This document shows, piece after piece, positions 1 to 11,051 of a DNA stretch of 64,000 bases (position 1 is the first letter of the stretch; each line of letters begins with the position of its first letter). The position numbers and the translations under genes were made by a program. Source of the stretch: Laetmonice hystrix (Eukaryota); contig OZ249438.1 in NCBI GenBank assembly GCA_965235115.1, positions 33,356,001-33,420,000 on the forward strand. The letters are read 5' to 3'. Below the pieces are notes generated by a model. That model ran no database searches. It was not told the origin of the DNA and saw only the letters and a list, made by a program, of their open reading frames with translations.

Positions 1-282
1 TTGTGTGACCAAAGTCAAAGGTTTGATTTTTGTATAGTCTAAGCCAATTTTTTGTATGTCAAGTACCAAGTGTCGTCATATGCTGCCAAGGAGCGGTTAG
101 CGTGCCAGTGGCACACTGTATGGACCCCGTACAATGGTGGACAGTTGCTGGCCGGGTCAGCCGCCCACCGCCGCCACTTCTATATCCGCCATTGATGTTA
201 GCAGCAAAACATCGGCGAGAAAAATGTAGATGGCGCTCAGAGATGGGGGGGGGGGGGGAGGGGGGGGGGCACCTGCCAGGCT

Positions 283-745
283 GTACGTCCAACACAACGG
301 GTACGCCCAACACAGCCTGGTCGGTCATATGAGGGCCATGGGTACGTCCAACACAGCCTGGCCGGTCATGTGAGGGCCACGGGTACGACCAACACAGCCT
401 GGCCGGTCATGTGAGGGCCACGGGTACGACCAACACAGCCTGGCCGGTCATGTGAGGGCCACGGGTACGACCAACACAGCCTGGTCGGTCATATGAGGGC
501 CACGGGTACGTCCAACACAGCCTGGCCGGTCATGTGAGGGCCACGGGTACGACCAACACAGCCTGGTCGGTCATATGAGGGCCACGGGTACGTCCAACAC
601 AGCCTGGCCGGTCATGTGAGGGCCACGGGTACGACCAACACAGCCTGGCCGGTCATGTGAGGGCCACGGGTACGTCCAACACAGCCTGGCCGGTCATGTG
701 AGGGCCACGGGTACGTCCAACACAGCCTGGCCGGTCATATGAGGG
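283..745. repeat. 41-bp minisatellite, ~11 copies
   Basis: Unit gggtacgaccaacacagcctggccggtcatgtgagggccac. Confidence 0.95.
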
Positions 746-998
746 ACAATCCATATCATTTGACATGTACGTGCATACTGTTTCTTCTGTGTAATAGAAA
801 GCAGAAAGAAAAGGGTTGTCGTTATCGTGGTACAGTTAGTGGAAGCAGGCTTGTTTATTTCCTCGTTGGTATAAGGTTTACCCAAGGTGGTATTAAAGTT
901 GGATTGCCGAGGGCTCATGGGGCAGGATTGAATCATGCAGTGCCCACCGAACTCATCCATCCACCAGTCGTAAACAACTGTGCTCGCTGCCCATTCAA

Positions 999-1483
999 GG
1001 ACCACTCGGCGATATGTGACCGAAACACGGAGATTACCCCCAAACTGGGACCACTCGGCGATATGTGACCGAAACACGGGCATTACCGCCAAGCTGGGAC
1101 CACTCGGCGATATGTGACCGAAACACGGAGATTACCCCCAAACTGGTACCACTCGGTGATATGTGACCGAAACACGGACATTACCCCCAAACTGGGACCA
1201 CTCGGCGATATGTGACCGAAACACGGAGATTACCCCCAAACTGGTACCACTCGGCGATATGTGACCGAAACACGGACATTACCCCCAGACTGGGACCACT
1301 CGGTGATATGTGACCGAAACACGGAGATTACCCCTAAACTGGGACCACTCGGTGGTATGTGACCGAAACACGGGCATTACCGCCAAGCTGGGACCACTCG
1401 GCGATATGTGACCGAAACACGGACATTACCCCCAAACTGGGACCACTCGGTGGTAGGCCTATGTGACCGAAACACGGACATTA
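999..1483. repeat. 49-bp minisatellite, ~10 copies
   Basis: Unit ggaccactcggcgatatgtgaccgaaacacggagattacccccaaactg. Confidence 0.95.
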
Positions 1484-1910
1484 GATCTACCCTCAAACCA
1501 GCGATATATCGACGGAGAAACTATTGAAACATGCAGACAAAGGTTTGAATAAAGTGCTGACTGTAACCATGATTATAGGTAACCACCACATTACCTCAGG
1601 TCGCGAGGAGCACGGCTGGGGCCTGCTCTCGCCACCATTTAGTTTTACTGTCGGTAAGTTATGTCCCGTTTAGACCAGGTGGATGCGGCTCTATTTTCTT
1701 CCCTCGGCAGTTAATTTCATTGGCTCTGTTAGGTTTTTTATCCCCAAGTTCCCGACACTGAAAGTTGAGCTCTGAGTTAATTCAGGCAGAGCACCTATTT
1801 TTTTACCGTCCTTTCCGTGATTTGATTTGGCCCAATGCTCCCGACAGAAGGCAAGCCAAAACAACAACTTTCCAATTCAGCCGACTGTATTTCATGATGG
1901 CCATATATGA

Positions 1911-2123
1911 TTGGAGTTAGTCGCGGGCAGTGACGTTAGCGATGTGTTATAGGAGATGATTTGATATTATTGGAGTTAGTCGCGGGCAGTGACGTTAGCG
2001 ATGTGTTATAGGAGATGATTTGATATTATTGGAGTTAGTCGCGGGCAGTGACGTTAGCGATGTGTTATAGGAGATGATTTGATATTATTGGAGTTAGTCG
2101 CGGGCAGTGACGTTGTGTTATAG
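1911..2123. repeat. 59-bp tandem repeat, ~3.5 copies
   Basis: Unit ttggagttagtcgcgggcagtgacgttagcgatgtgttataggagatgatttgatatta. Confidence 0.93.
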
Positions 2124-2354
2124 GAAGAGGTTGAATCTTTGACCACGAGTCGATGATTTGATCACTGAATCACTCCAGTTTTGAATCAGCTTTCGATCAG
2201 GGCGAAGGTTGGAGATAAACAGTACCTGACCACACAATCTCCATTGAAAGCTTCTCCCTTGGTGAGCAGTAGTGGGAGCGGACGTTTTGATGATATTCTA
2301 TAAGATTACGATCAGGTACCTTTGAACAATAGTCACACCGCGGAACACCATAGG

Positions 2355-2485
2355 TATCCAGGCGCGTGCGCAGGATATTTCGCAGGAGAGGGGGGTCGAC
2401 AATGCCAATATTAACCTATACAAAAATGTGGGCTCTGAGCGGGGCGGGGGGGGGGGGGTCAACCCCCTGGACACGCGCCTGGATA
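2355..2485. mobile_element. Small MITE-like element
   Basis: 14-bp inverted termini TATCCAGGCGCGTG / CACGCGCCTGGATA around G-runs; no TSD seen. Confidence 0.55.
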
Positions 2486-3265
2486 TCACAGTATACGTTT
2501 TTTATGTTGACGAATTGTGAGAGTATTTGTGAAATTCGCCCGTCGTAAAGACTGGTCAGACCGGAGGTATCGCTGTCGGCTTTATTCACAGCACAAACAC
2601 TTTTTGTTCACGTACATGAACAGTTCTTGTGATGGGGTTCACTTTCCGTGTTCACATTGTAGCACGGTGCGATCGTATCGCTGTGGTGACATTTATAATT
2701 GTCACCCATAGCAACAATACCGAGCTACTTGGCCATCAGCTTGGAGGATGATCCTGTGATATTAAAAGCATGTTTAGCCATTGTTAACGTTGGCTTTGTA
2801 AATATCTTTAGCACGCCATCTCTGGGTGCGTTATGACAGTCTGTCAGCACAATGTCCGACAACCCAGTAAATTGGCAATAAAGGCGAGATTACAGGAAAC
2901 GTTTCATCCTGTCTCAAGCTGTAGTGCAAACTCAACATGTTTGTCAAGTAATGATCGTAATTTTGTTACGCCAATCATGCTTAGCTTCCACGGTGTTAAA
3001 ATCTGCATGACATGATTTTCTCAAATTAATGGAATAATTAGGCCCTAATTGTTTGATCTACGTAACATTCGTGATATTACCCCGACAATAGGAAATAATC
3101 AAACATAGTCTTATTATTGAATACAATATAACTAAAGTTTTACCGCTAAATCACAACTTTTAATGGTGGACTTTTTCCCCACAGTATTCTGGGACTTTCG
3201 TGTAGTAACACTGAAATGCTTTGTATGCATAGACATATTAGACCTAAAAGCCGATAGGAACAAAA

Positions 3266-3574
3266 GTGATTTTCTCTCAATGACTTGGTGTCACCAAGAT
3301 TTCCTGCTGTGATTAATCCACCTATCCATGCCTGTATTTTCAGTGATTTTCTATCACTGACTTAGTGTCCCCAAGATTTCCTGCTGTGATTAATCCACCT
3401 ATCCATGCCTGTGTTTTCCGTGATTTTCTATCAATGACTTGGTGTCCCCAAGATTTCCTGCTGTGATTAATCCACCTATCCATGCCTGTATTTTCAGCGA
3501 TTTTCTATCACTGACTTGGTGTCCCCAGGATATCCTGCTGTGATTAATCCACCTATCCATGCCTGTATTTTCAG
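3266..3574. repeat. 77-bp tandem repeat, 4 copies, ending at the exon acceptor
   Basis: Copies begin at 3268, 3345, 3422 and 3499. The last copy supplies ...ctgtattttcag of the TM exon. Confidence 0.93.
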
Positions 3575-3739
3575 TGCCCATCCAGGCGTACGCCTTCCTG
3601 GGTGCCGTTCTGGCCTTCCTCATCCTGCTAGTCGTGTTTTTCCTCTACCTCAACAAGAAGTTGTGTTTCGCCAACTGTGGAGGGTTTCCATGCGTTGAGA
3701 AACCCACCAAGAAGAAGGAGACAAAGACCAACAAGCTAG
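3575..3739 (+). CDS. Syt14: Synaptotagmin-14/16-like gene, transmembrane-domain exon (internal, phase 1 to phase 1)
   Basis: Acceptor ctgtattttcag|TG and donor CTAG|gtagga. Encodes (V)PIQAYAFLGAVLAFLILLVVFFLYLNKKLCFANCGGFPCVEKPTKKKETKTNKL(G), a hydrophobic helix followed by FLYLNKKLCFxNxGGFP. This matches the human SYT14 juxtamembrane motif FLYINKKFCFENVGGFP as I recall it. The upstream coding exon was not found in the window. Confidence 0.88.
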
Positions 3740-4619
3740 GTAGGAGTTTGAATAGTTTGTCTTCTCGTTCTAAAAACTTCCATGTTCGCATACTGGAAAA
3801 TCTATAAGTGCGTTGAACCTTGAAGCTCTGTATGGTAAATTGAAGTGACTGTTTTTTCGTGAAATATAGGTCTCGCACCACTAAACCTATGAAATTATAG
3901 TAACCGACACCGTTTCTATTGTAGAGTATCAACGCTTCTCTGGTGTGTATCCCTTTTTTAAAGGTTTGGTTACAAGTCACGTACTGTAGTTCACATTTCG
4001 TGATATGACTGATGGTATCGTAACAACAGCACATGTTTAATATATTTATTAATCACTAATTCACTTCATTTTGTACTACAGTGGGTATCCAGAGGCCTAC
4101 AATATACAATACATTGTAGTTCTGTGCCATTATCATGGGCTGGAATAATAACAGTGACTCCTGACAACCTGCCGCAGATACAGACTGATTTCAATATAAC
4201 TGCACTTATTTTACTAAAACATCACCGGTATTTTCAGCAGGCTCCGATGGTCGGCCCATGATTTCTGTATATTTGCCGGGCTCTATAAGTTGTGATATAT
4301 GTGAACAGAGCCTAACGTAAATGATTTAGTAATAATATTGATGTGTACATGTGTATGGGCAGCATTCTTATGATGTTTACGGTGAATTTTGATAACAATA
4401 CTTGGTGGTGTAAGTTTAACTTCTTTAAGTTATACTGAATCTGTCCCAATGTCTGCAATAAGTTCAGTTGAGTTCGTTGACGGAAATACTTGTACCATGA
4501 TATTTATGTCTGGGCAACGTGCCATAATGCTGAAACCTGAATATAAAGTTTGCATCGTAAACTCAGCGACTCTTGGGCAATCGTAAAATCGCACTAGAGA
4601 ACGAACTAAAGTTGACAAG

Positions 4620-4755
4620 CCGGGGTCTGGGTCACAAGTAAAGACAAGTCCATTTCAATTAACTTGAAATCAATATCAACCAAGCAATCAGATTCAAGTC
4701 AACTTGACTCCAAGTTAATTAAAAGTAGCTTGCCTTTGCTTTGACATGGGCTGTG
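4620..4755. mobile_element. Degenerate relative of the 56437 MITE family
   Basis: Shares the motifs caattaacttgaaatcaat and tccaagttaattaaaa with 56437-56558; termini are decayed. Confidence 0.45.
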
Positions 4756-5816
4756 ATCAGTACACAGAATCTGCTGACCGTCATAGTCCGCGGAGAGTCC
4801 ATCTGGAAGTTACCAGTCATATCTTCCAGTCTCCATGGATTTGACGGCACTTTGACTTCTAATTAAGTCAAAGGCTAAGCCACCAACAGTTGCCTGGCAA
4901 CAGATACCAAGGGAACCTGCGTAGCCCCTCCCACTTCCTCCAGAGACTTGTTCATCACTTCTACACTTAACATGAGACTCTTGGGTGTTAGAGTTGGTAG
5001 CGTGACCTCGAGTGAGAGATCACCAGTGTCAAGAGCTATAGATGTTCGTGGCAGAACGACTCTAACTGACACTGAGATCTGCCACGGCCAGTTGCATGAC
5101 TCTCCGTACGTTAATTTCACCATATATTTTCAATGAGAATTTTAACGTACGGAGAGTCATGTAACTGGCCCGGTTTCTCAGTCGTTGGGCAAGTCGCTTG
5201 GCTAACTTGAGCCATTGAGTGAATGAACTGTCCAACTGCCAACAAAAACCCGGGTTAGGCAAGGACGGTGACTATTTGGGGGTCTCAAATGTGACAAAGA
5301 AACCCAGGACCCCGGACACCGGCTCCTCACTCACGACTTACGACTGCTCAACACTCCTCAATACAATATACATATTACACTTAGGACACCACCATTAGCC
5401 TATCACCCATTCCACCCTCACCACAAAAATACTCAGGGAAAAGTAATTCTAGTAATATCCAACTACATACGGTTCAATGGGTTCAACAAATCTTTCATGG
5501 GAATTTTGTGCTAATCCTTCATAACTTAACATTTATCATTTCTAAGTCAGGGCACTGGTGTATGTCTCTCAGAGCTTAAATTTGGGCGTAGGATGTATTA
5601 TTGACAAGACTAATTTGAGAAGAAAGACTTTAATTAGGCTGCCAATTCAGTTTTAGTGTCCTCGTTTCCACTGTGTCTTGTTGAAATCTCATTCAAAAGC
5701 AATTCAGAATCTGCACATTTTGGAATTGGTAGTTAGTTATTCCCAGTTAGAAAGAAAGACCATCCGTTATATTGGGAAGTGAAATATTCATTGCTCTTCA
5801 ATCTACGTTAGGAAAT

Positions 5817-5905
5817 GGTATGCAGGTGTACTGTTGGTATGCAGGTGTACTGTTGGTATGCAGGTGTACTGTTGGTATGCAGGTACTGTTGATATGCAGG
5901 TGTAC
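5817..5905. repeat. 19-bp tandem repeat, ~4.5 copies
   Basis: Unit ggtatgcaggtgtactgtt. Confidence 0.88.
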
Positions 5906-7067
5906 AGTGTTCATCCTGGACACATCTATGTCCACCCCCGGCGCACAAACAAATACATGATCAGTATCTCTCCTCAACGTACATACACCCTGTCACATAC
6001 CTGGCATTTGCATTGCAAAAGCACTCGGGTTTTCCCTTTCTTTGACAGAAAAATATCGTGTCGTCTCATTATTTGATATTAACAGCGTTCATTTTTCCTG
6101 ACTCGTTTCGACTTGCGATGAGAATGTATACATGTGGAGAATAGTGAAGTTGTACGGAAGCTCAAAAGATCCACAATTTTGCTCACAATTTTATGACCGG
6201 GAGTTCCGTATTGAAGGCAATAACAATATATTAAAAACTACATTAGCAAAGTAGTCAGACCATCATGGGTGGGATGGTTTCCTCACCTAATCTGTTCAAT
6301 GCAGTAGGATTTAGTAAGTATCCCGAGCACATGGATATACCCAAACAGTTATCTGAATAAAGTTCGGAAACAACACTTGGGGGGATTTATGTGGACAAGA
6401 AGATTGAGATGATTATCATTGTTATCTGATATCAAAGAGCGTGTGTCACGGCGCACAAGGTGTACACACACACATGTAGAACGGTGCTGAAATCACATGA
6501 CCTATTTCACGTGTAGTTTTCAGATTTCAATGAAGGTTTTAATGTGAAGCACATCAGTGTCCTCTATCCAAACAAGATTTGTTCACAGCATGTTGTCCAG
6601 GGTATCTTGTATACAATCAGTGCAACACACTTGAGTTAATGGTTTACGAGGTGAGGTGACACAAGGGTTCATGCATATCTCTAAGTAGTGGTTTACTTGT
6701 GGTGTTATGCTCTTTAAGGAAAGCAATAATGTTCGGCATGTTCGATGATGTTTTTATCATATCACATCTGAATGACACTGGGGTATGAACGGACAAGAAT
6801 AAGTGAATAGTAAAAACATATTGTTCTAATGAATATTGATATACTCGAATTTTATTTAGTGTAAAAATTCTTACACGTTATGCTTGAATTATTTGATACA
6901 CCATGGTGATGACAGCTAATACCGCTGGTAGTTGTCCTATCCCTATGGTTTATCAGTAAGGCCTAACTAGAATTACGTTAACTATCTCTGAAGGATAAAG
7001 TCGTCTCCTAGCGAGACTTGCAGACTCGATAATATACGATTTCCTCACCATCTACTGTTATCTAACC

Positions 7068-7119
7068 ATGGCAGGCCAAGCAGGACAACCGATAGTCAAG
7101 AAGCATAAACACTACGGAG
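7068..7119 (+). CDS. Candidate alternative first coding exon of the Syt14/16-like gene
   Basis: accATGG start context, stop-free MAGQAGQPIVKKHKHYG, and a perfect donor GAG|GTAAGT in phase 1, compatible with exons 16703 and 42938. An upstream phase-1 acceptor (cttgcag|7024) could instead make it a 96-nt cassette exon. Confidence 0.55.
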
Positions 7120-8272
7120 GTAAGTAACGCCGTCCATTCTTACTGCCCTCAGTGTGCGCTGCTTGGCCCAAACCGCTGTGGTGTTGGTCAGTGCAGGTTT
7201 TGTGACCCGCCATTCTAGATGAGCAGCGAGCGGTGGTCACGTTGATGACCGAATGAAATATCTCAACCGTCTGATTACCCTGCCCCCTAGTGAGTAAATC
7301 CTTGGGTCACATGACCTCCTTTAGCCGGTACTGGTCACATGATTCTCCCAGAGGTTTCCTTACCTTAGCTTAGTCTCGTCTGCGGCAGTGATTGCTCGGA
7401 TCATGTTTTTCCTATTCCTGTCATTGTCTGACAATCGCTTCCCTGTATTGCTTATGCAGTCGCCATACTGCTTATCGTGCTCAGAGTTCTTGAAGTTTGG
7501 GGTTCGTTGCCTTTTAAAACAGTGTCCGCTCCTATTTCTCAAATCTGTGAAGCCACTCTTGATAGCCGCTAAGATAGTTATTCTTGGTTCTGTAAGCTAA
7601 CGGATGTCATCTACAATTATCTAATTTCAAGTGCAAACCTCCTGGTATATGGTGAAGTGATGAAGACGAATAGTATATAAGGTGCAGTGCTGCCATCTTC
7701 TGGATAACAGAGGCAAATGGGGTGGGGGTGGCGTTAAAGACATTTTTTTTCAATTTTAAATCATAATCATTTTAGATACTTTTTTGCAGCTATTCCAGAC
7801 TAGGAAACTTTTAACTCCCCAAAATCCTAATAGTCCGTCTTATATTAGCTCCCCTAGCTGTCCGCTTAATGGCCATCGGCACTGTGGTAGTCCGCGACAT
7901 TTAGAGCCCGTTGTCGGCTTGGCCTTGGAGTGGTCTACCATCGGCAAATCGACGTAGACGAGACGAGAAGGGTGTTTGGACAGTGGTGGCATGGCTGGGG
8001 ATGTGAACCCAGGCAGCTGTACATTGATTGGCTGCTCGAGGGTCACATGACAAGACTAAGCAAGTTGTTGGGGCAAGCTATGGTCACGTGGCGTGAGTGG
8101 GACCGACGTCACGATTAGTCTTTCAATCCGTTCAGTGTGAAAAATTCGATTTTCATGGACTGTAGGAACTTCTATCCATATGAACCAAGCAGTGGATGTA
8201 AAAAATTAGCTCGAATCTTGAATTCGTTTCTGATATCTGAAAGAAACAGTGGCGTTTGTTTCCTGTCCATTT

Positions 8273-9415
8273 GTCATCTTTAACTGAATCTGGCAAGGTG
8301 TTTTGAGGGTCCTGTCATCTTTAACTGAAGCTGGCAAGGTGTTGTGAGGGTCCTGTCATCTTTGACTGAAGCTGGCAAGGTGTTTTGAGGGTCCTGTCAT
8401 CTTTAACTGAAGCTGGCAAGGTGTTGTGAGGGTCCTGTCATCTTTAACTGAATCTGGCAAGGTGTTGTGAGGGTCCTGTCATCTTTAACTGAATCTGGCA
8501 ATGTGTTGTGAGGGTCCAGGGCCCGGTTTTTTTGTTTACTTTTGGTGAGCTGAGCAGCACTTTTCGTGAGCTGAGCAGCATTTTCGTGAGCTGACTCAGG
8601 CTGAGCACAGCGCGCGGGTTTTTTTTGTTTTTGTGAGCAGCACTTTTCGTGAGATTTGCTCACGAAATTTCCGTGAGACGTGAGACAGCTAAGGAGGATG
8701 CTCAGGCTCATGTGAGCAAAAGTTATCACAATCGATCTTCCCTGTTTGGGGGAGTTTCTGTTTAACCTCAGTCTAGTTTAAAGTCTAGTAATCATCAAAA
8801 CATCTAGATCTATCTAGATGTGTACAAAAGGTTTTATTGGTTAAGGTGGGAGGTGGAATAACTGCCGAGTCTGTCTTGCAACCGTGGCATGGGCAGCCCG
8901 GCTCCCTGGAGCGAGCGCTGCAGTGCAGCGCCAGTGCAGCGCCAGTGTAGCGTAGTGGTAGCTTTGGGAACCAACTGTTTTCATGGAAGTACTCTATTCC
9001 TCACCTTATAGACAGAAGAGTTCCTTAGTTACGCTGCTCAAGCACTCGTCAGAGCACGTGAGCAGAAGCTCACGTGAGCAGCTGCTCAGATTAAACAAAA
9101 AAACCTAAATAGCTGCTCAGTGAGCACTGCTCACGTGAGCAGTAATATGCTGCTCAGCTCACAACTTCTCAGCTCACGGTAAGCACAAAACAAAAAAACC
9201 GGGCCCTGGTCATCTTTGACTGTATCTGGCAAGGTGTTGTGAGGGTCCTGTCATCTTTAACTGTATCTGGCAATGTGTTGTGAGGGTCCTGTCATCTTTG
9301 ACTGAATCTGGCAAGGTGTTGTGAGGGTCCTGTCATCTTTAACTGTATCTGGCAATGTGTTGTGAGGGTCCTGTCATCTTTGACTGTATCTGGCAAGGTG
9401 TTGTGAGGGTCCTGT
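8273..9415. repeat. 41-bp minisatellite (~11 copies) interrupted by a MITE
   Basis: Unit ggcaaggtgttgtgagggtcctgtcatctttaactgaatct on both sides of 8520-9205. Confidence 0.93.
8520..9205. mobile_element. Harbinger-like MITE with GGCCCGGTT TIR, inserted in a 41-bp minisatellite
   Basis: TIR GGCCCGGTTTTTTTG / CAAAAAAACCGGGCC, CAG/CTG flanks (imperfect TSD), and subterminal TGAGC(A/T)G repeats. Confidence 0.75.
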
Positions 9416-10985
9416 TAAAGGAGCCGTACTGTGAGGCCAGTCAGTGTGGTGTAGTTACACTGGGTTTATGTTTATACCCCTCTCCCACAGTTGGCAGTCG
9501 GACATCCATTCACATAGTAATCGGTCACTGAATAGAAAGCGAGCACTCGCCCTGAGTGCCACTGGTATCGTGTTGGAGAGTGATGGTGATCCTCATCTAA
9601 AGGACTTTATCTTGTTCAAACCGGGAAATACGACAACAACCATTGGCCTCCTTTGGTCTGGAGGTTTGCTATGGTGTTGAGGGTCGTGATCCTAGATCAT
9701 TTGTCTCCGGAGTTTCTATCGCCAGAACACGGTTTAGTAATGGATTTAATTTTGCTTCCCCATACTAACTACAGGTCGTGAATTAGGGTCGCATTGTCCC
9801 GAGGCGGTGTGTTCGTTTCACTGACTCACTGACTGACCAAAACTAAAGGAGAAGTTCTGCAAATTGTCGGGCGGGTTTTGTTCAGGATACCGTGCAGTTT
9901 CCTTGATGCTCTTAACATCGGTGTGTCTTCGGAATACTTATTCCGTATGTTCTTTGCAGTCCTGGTTGTATTTATTTATGATATTTCCTTGATTTGTTTC
10001 CCGCGCTTTATGATGTAAACTTCTCATGGTCTGCCGAATCAGCAGTCGCCCTAGTAATTGTTAAGCAGGAACTTCCACCTGAGCAGCTCAGTATTTAATC
10101 AACAGTTAATCGGCTCTTCTATTGTTGATATCTGAAGTGTATCAGTGTAAATGAGGTAGTGTGCCTATACAGCTTGATCCTAAGTTTACATTTTGCTGCC
10201 ATTAATTAATCAAGATTCCCGACTCATCAAGCCCGCGCTTAATGCTGTGCAAGCGATATGTGATAACGCTTCCTTCTACTCTGTGATTGTAGCCGCAGAC
10301 GGCTTTGTTAATCTCAATGAGGTGGAAGCAGATGGTATCAGCCATGACACTGTCTCCTCAAGTAAGTTTCTCTCCCTCAACTCACTTTTCTCCTCTTCAT
10401 CGCACTAATGATTGCACTGTTCGTTTTTTCTGTGATCACCATTTTACTAACTTGTAGTCAAACCAAATAGTGTGCAGTCAAGGAATTATGATTGAACGTA
10501 GTCTATCGATGTTCAGTAACATGTCCGTACTTCGTCTGTGGACAGTGAAAAAGCTTTTGATATAATGCTTCCTAAGATAGTGCATAATGTGAGAGTTTTG
10601 TTTTCAATGTAGAGTAGTGTGTGCACTTCCTGTAGTATGTGATCGTAAGGTAGAGCGAGAAGTTGAAGCACGTAGCAGTACCATTACAGTGGTTGGGTTT
10701 AGGTGGCTGGGGATGTCTACAGTTTCAAAGATCCCAAACCTGGGCAAGCTGATACTGCTGGCTAGCAAAGGTTGACGACCTTTTCTTACCATACTGAATG
10801 TCGAACGCCCAAGGGAACTTTTTTCAAGGGAAGAGAACGTTGCAGTTACAGTATGACTTTGCCATGGTAACAGGATATCTACAGACAATTATATTACATT
10901 TCTTCTTACGTACAAATGTCGCCAACTTACTTGTGTTCCCCCGAAAGTATACGAAATAAGCACAGTAGGACTTTACTTCTTACAG

Positions 10986-11051
10986 TACATAGTGCGGCAG
11001 ATATTCATGCAGGGATTTTTTTATCTGTGTATTTTGCGAACCCTAGGCAAG
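10986..11051 (+). CDS. Weak candidate symmetric phase-1 cassette exon (or first exon from ATG 10916)
   Basis: Acceptor ctttacttcttacag|, donor AAG|GTAAGC, 66 nt, open frame (V)HSAADIHAGIFLSVYFANPRQ(G). No recognisable homology. Confidence 0.3.
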
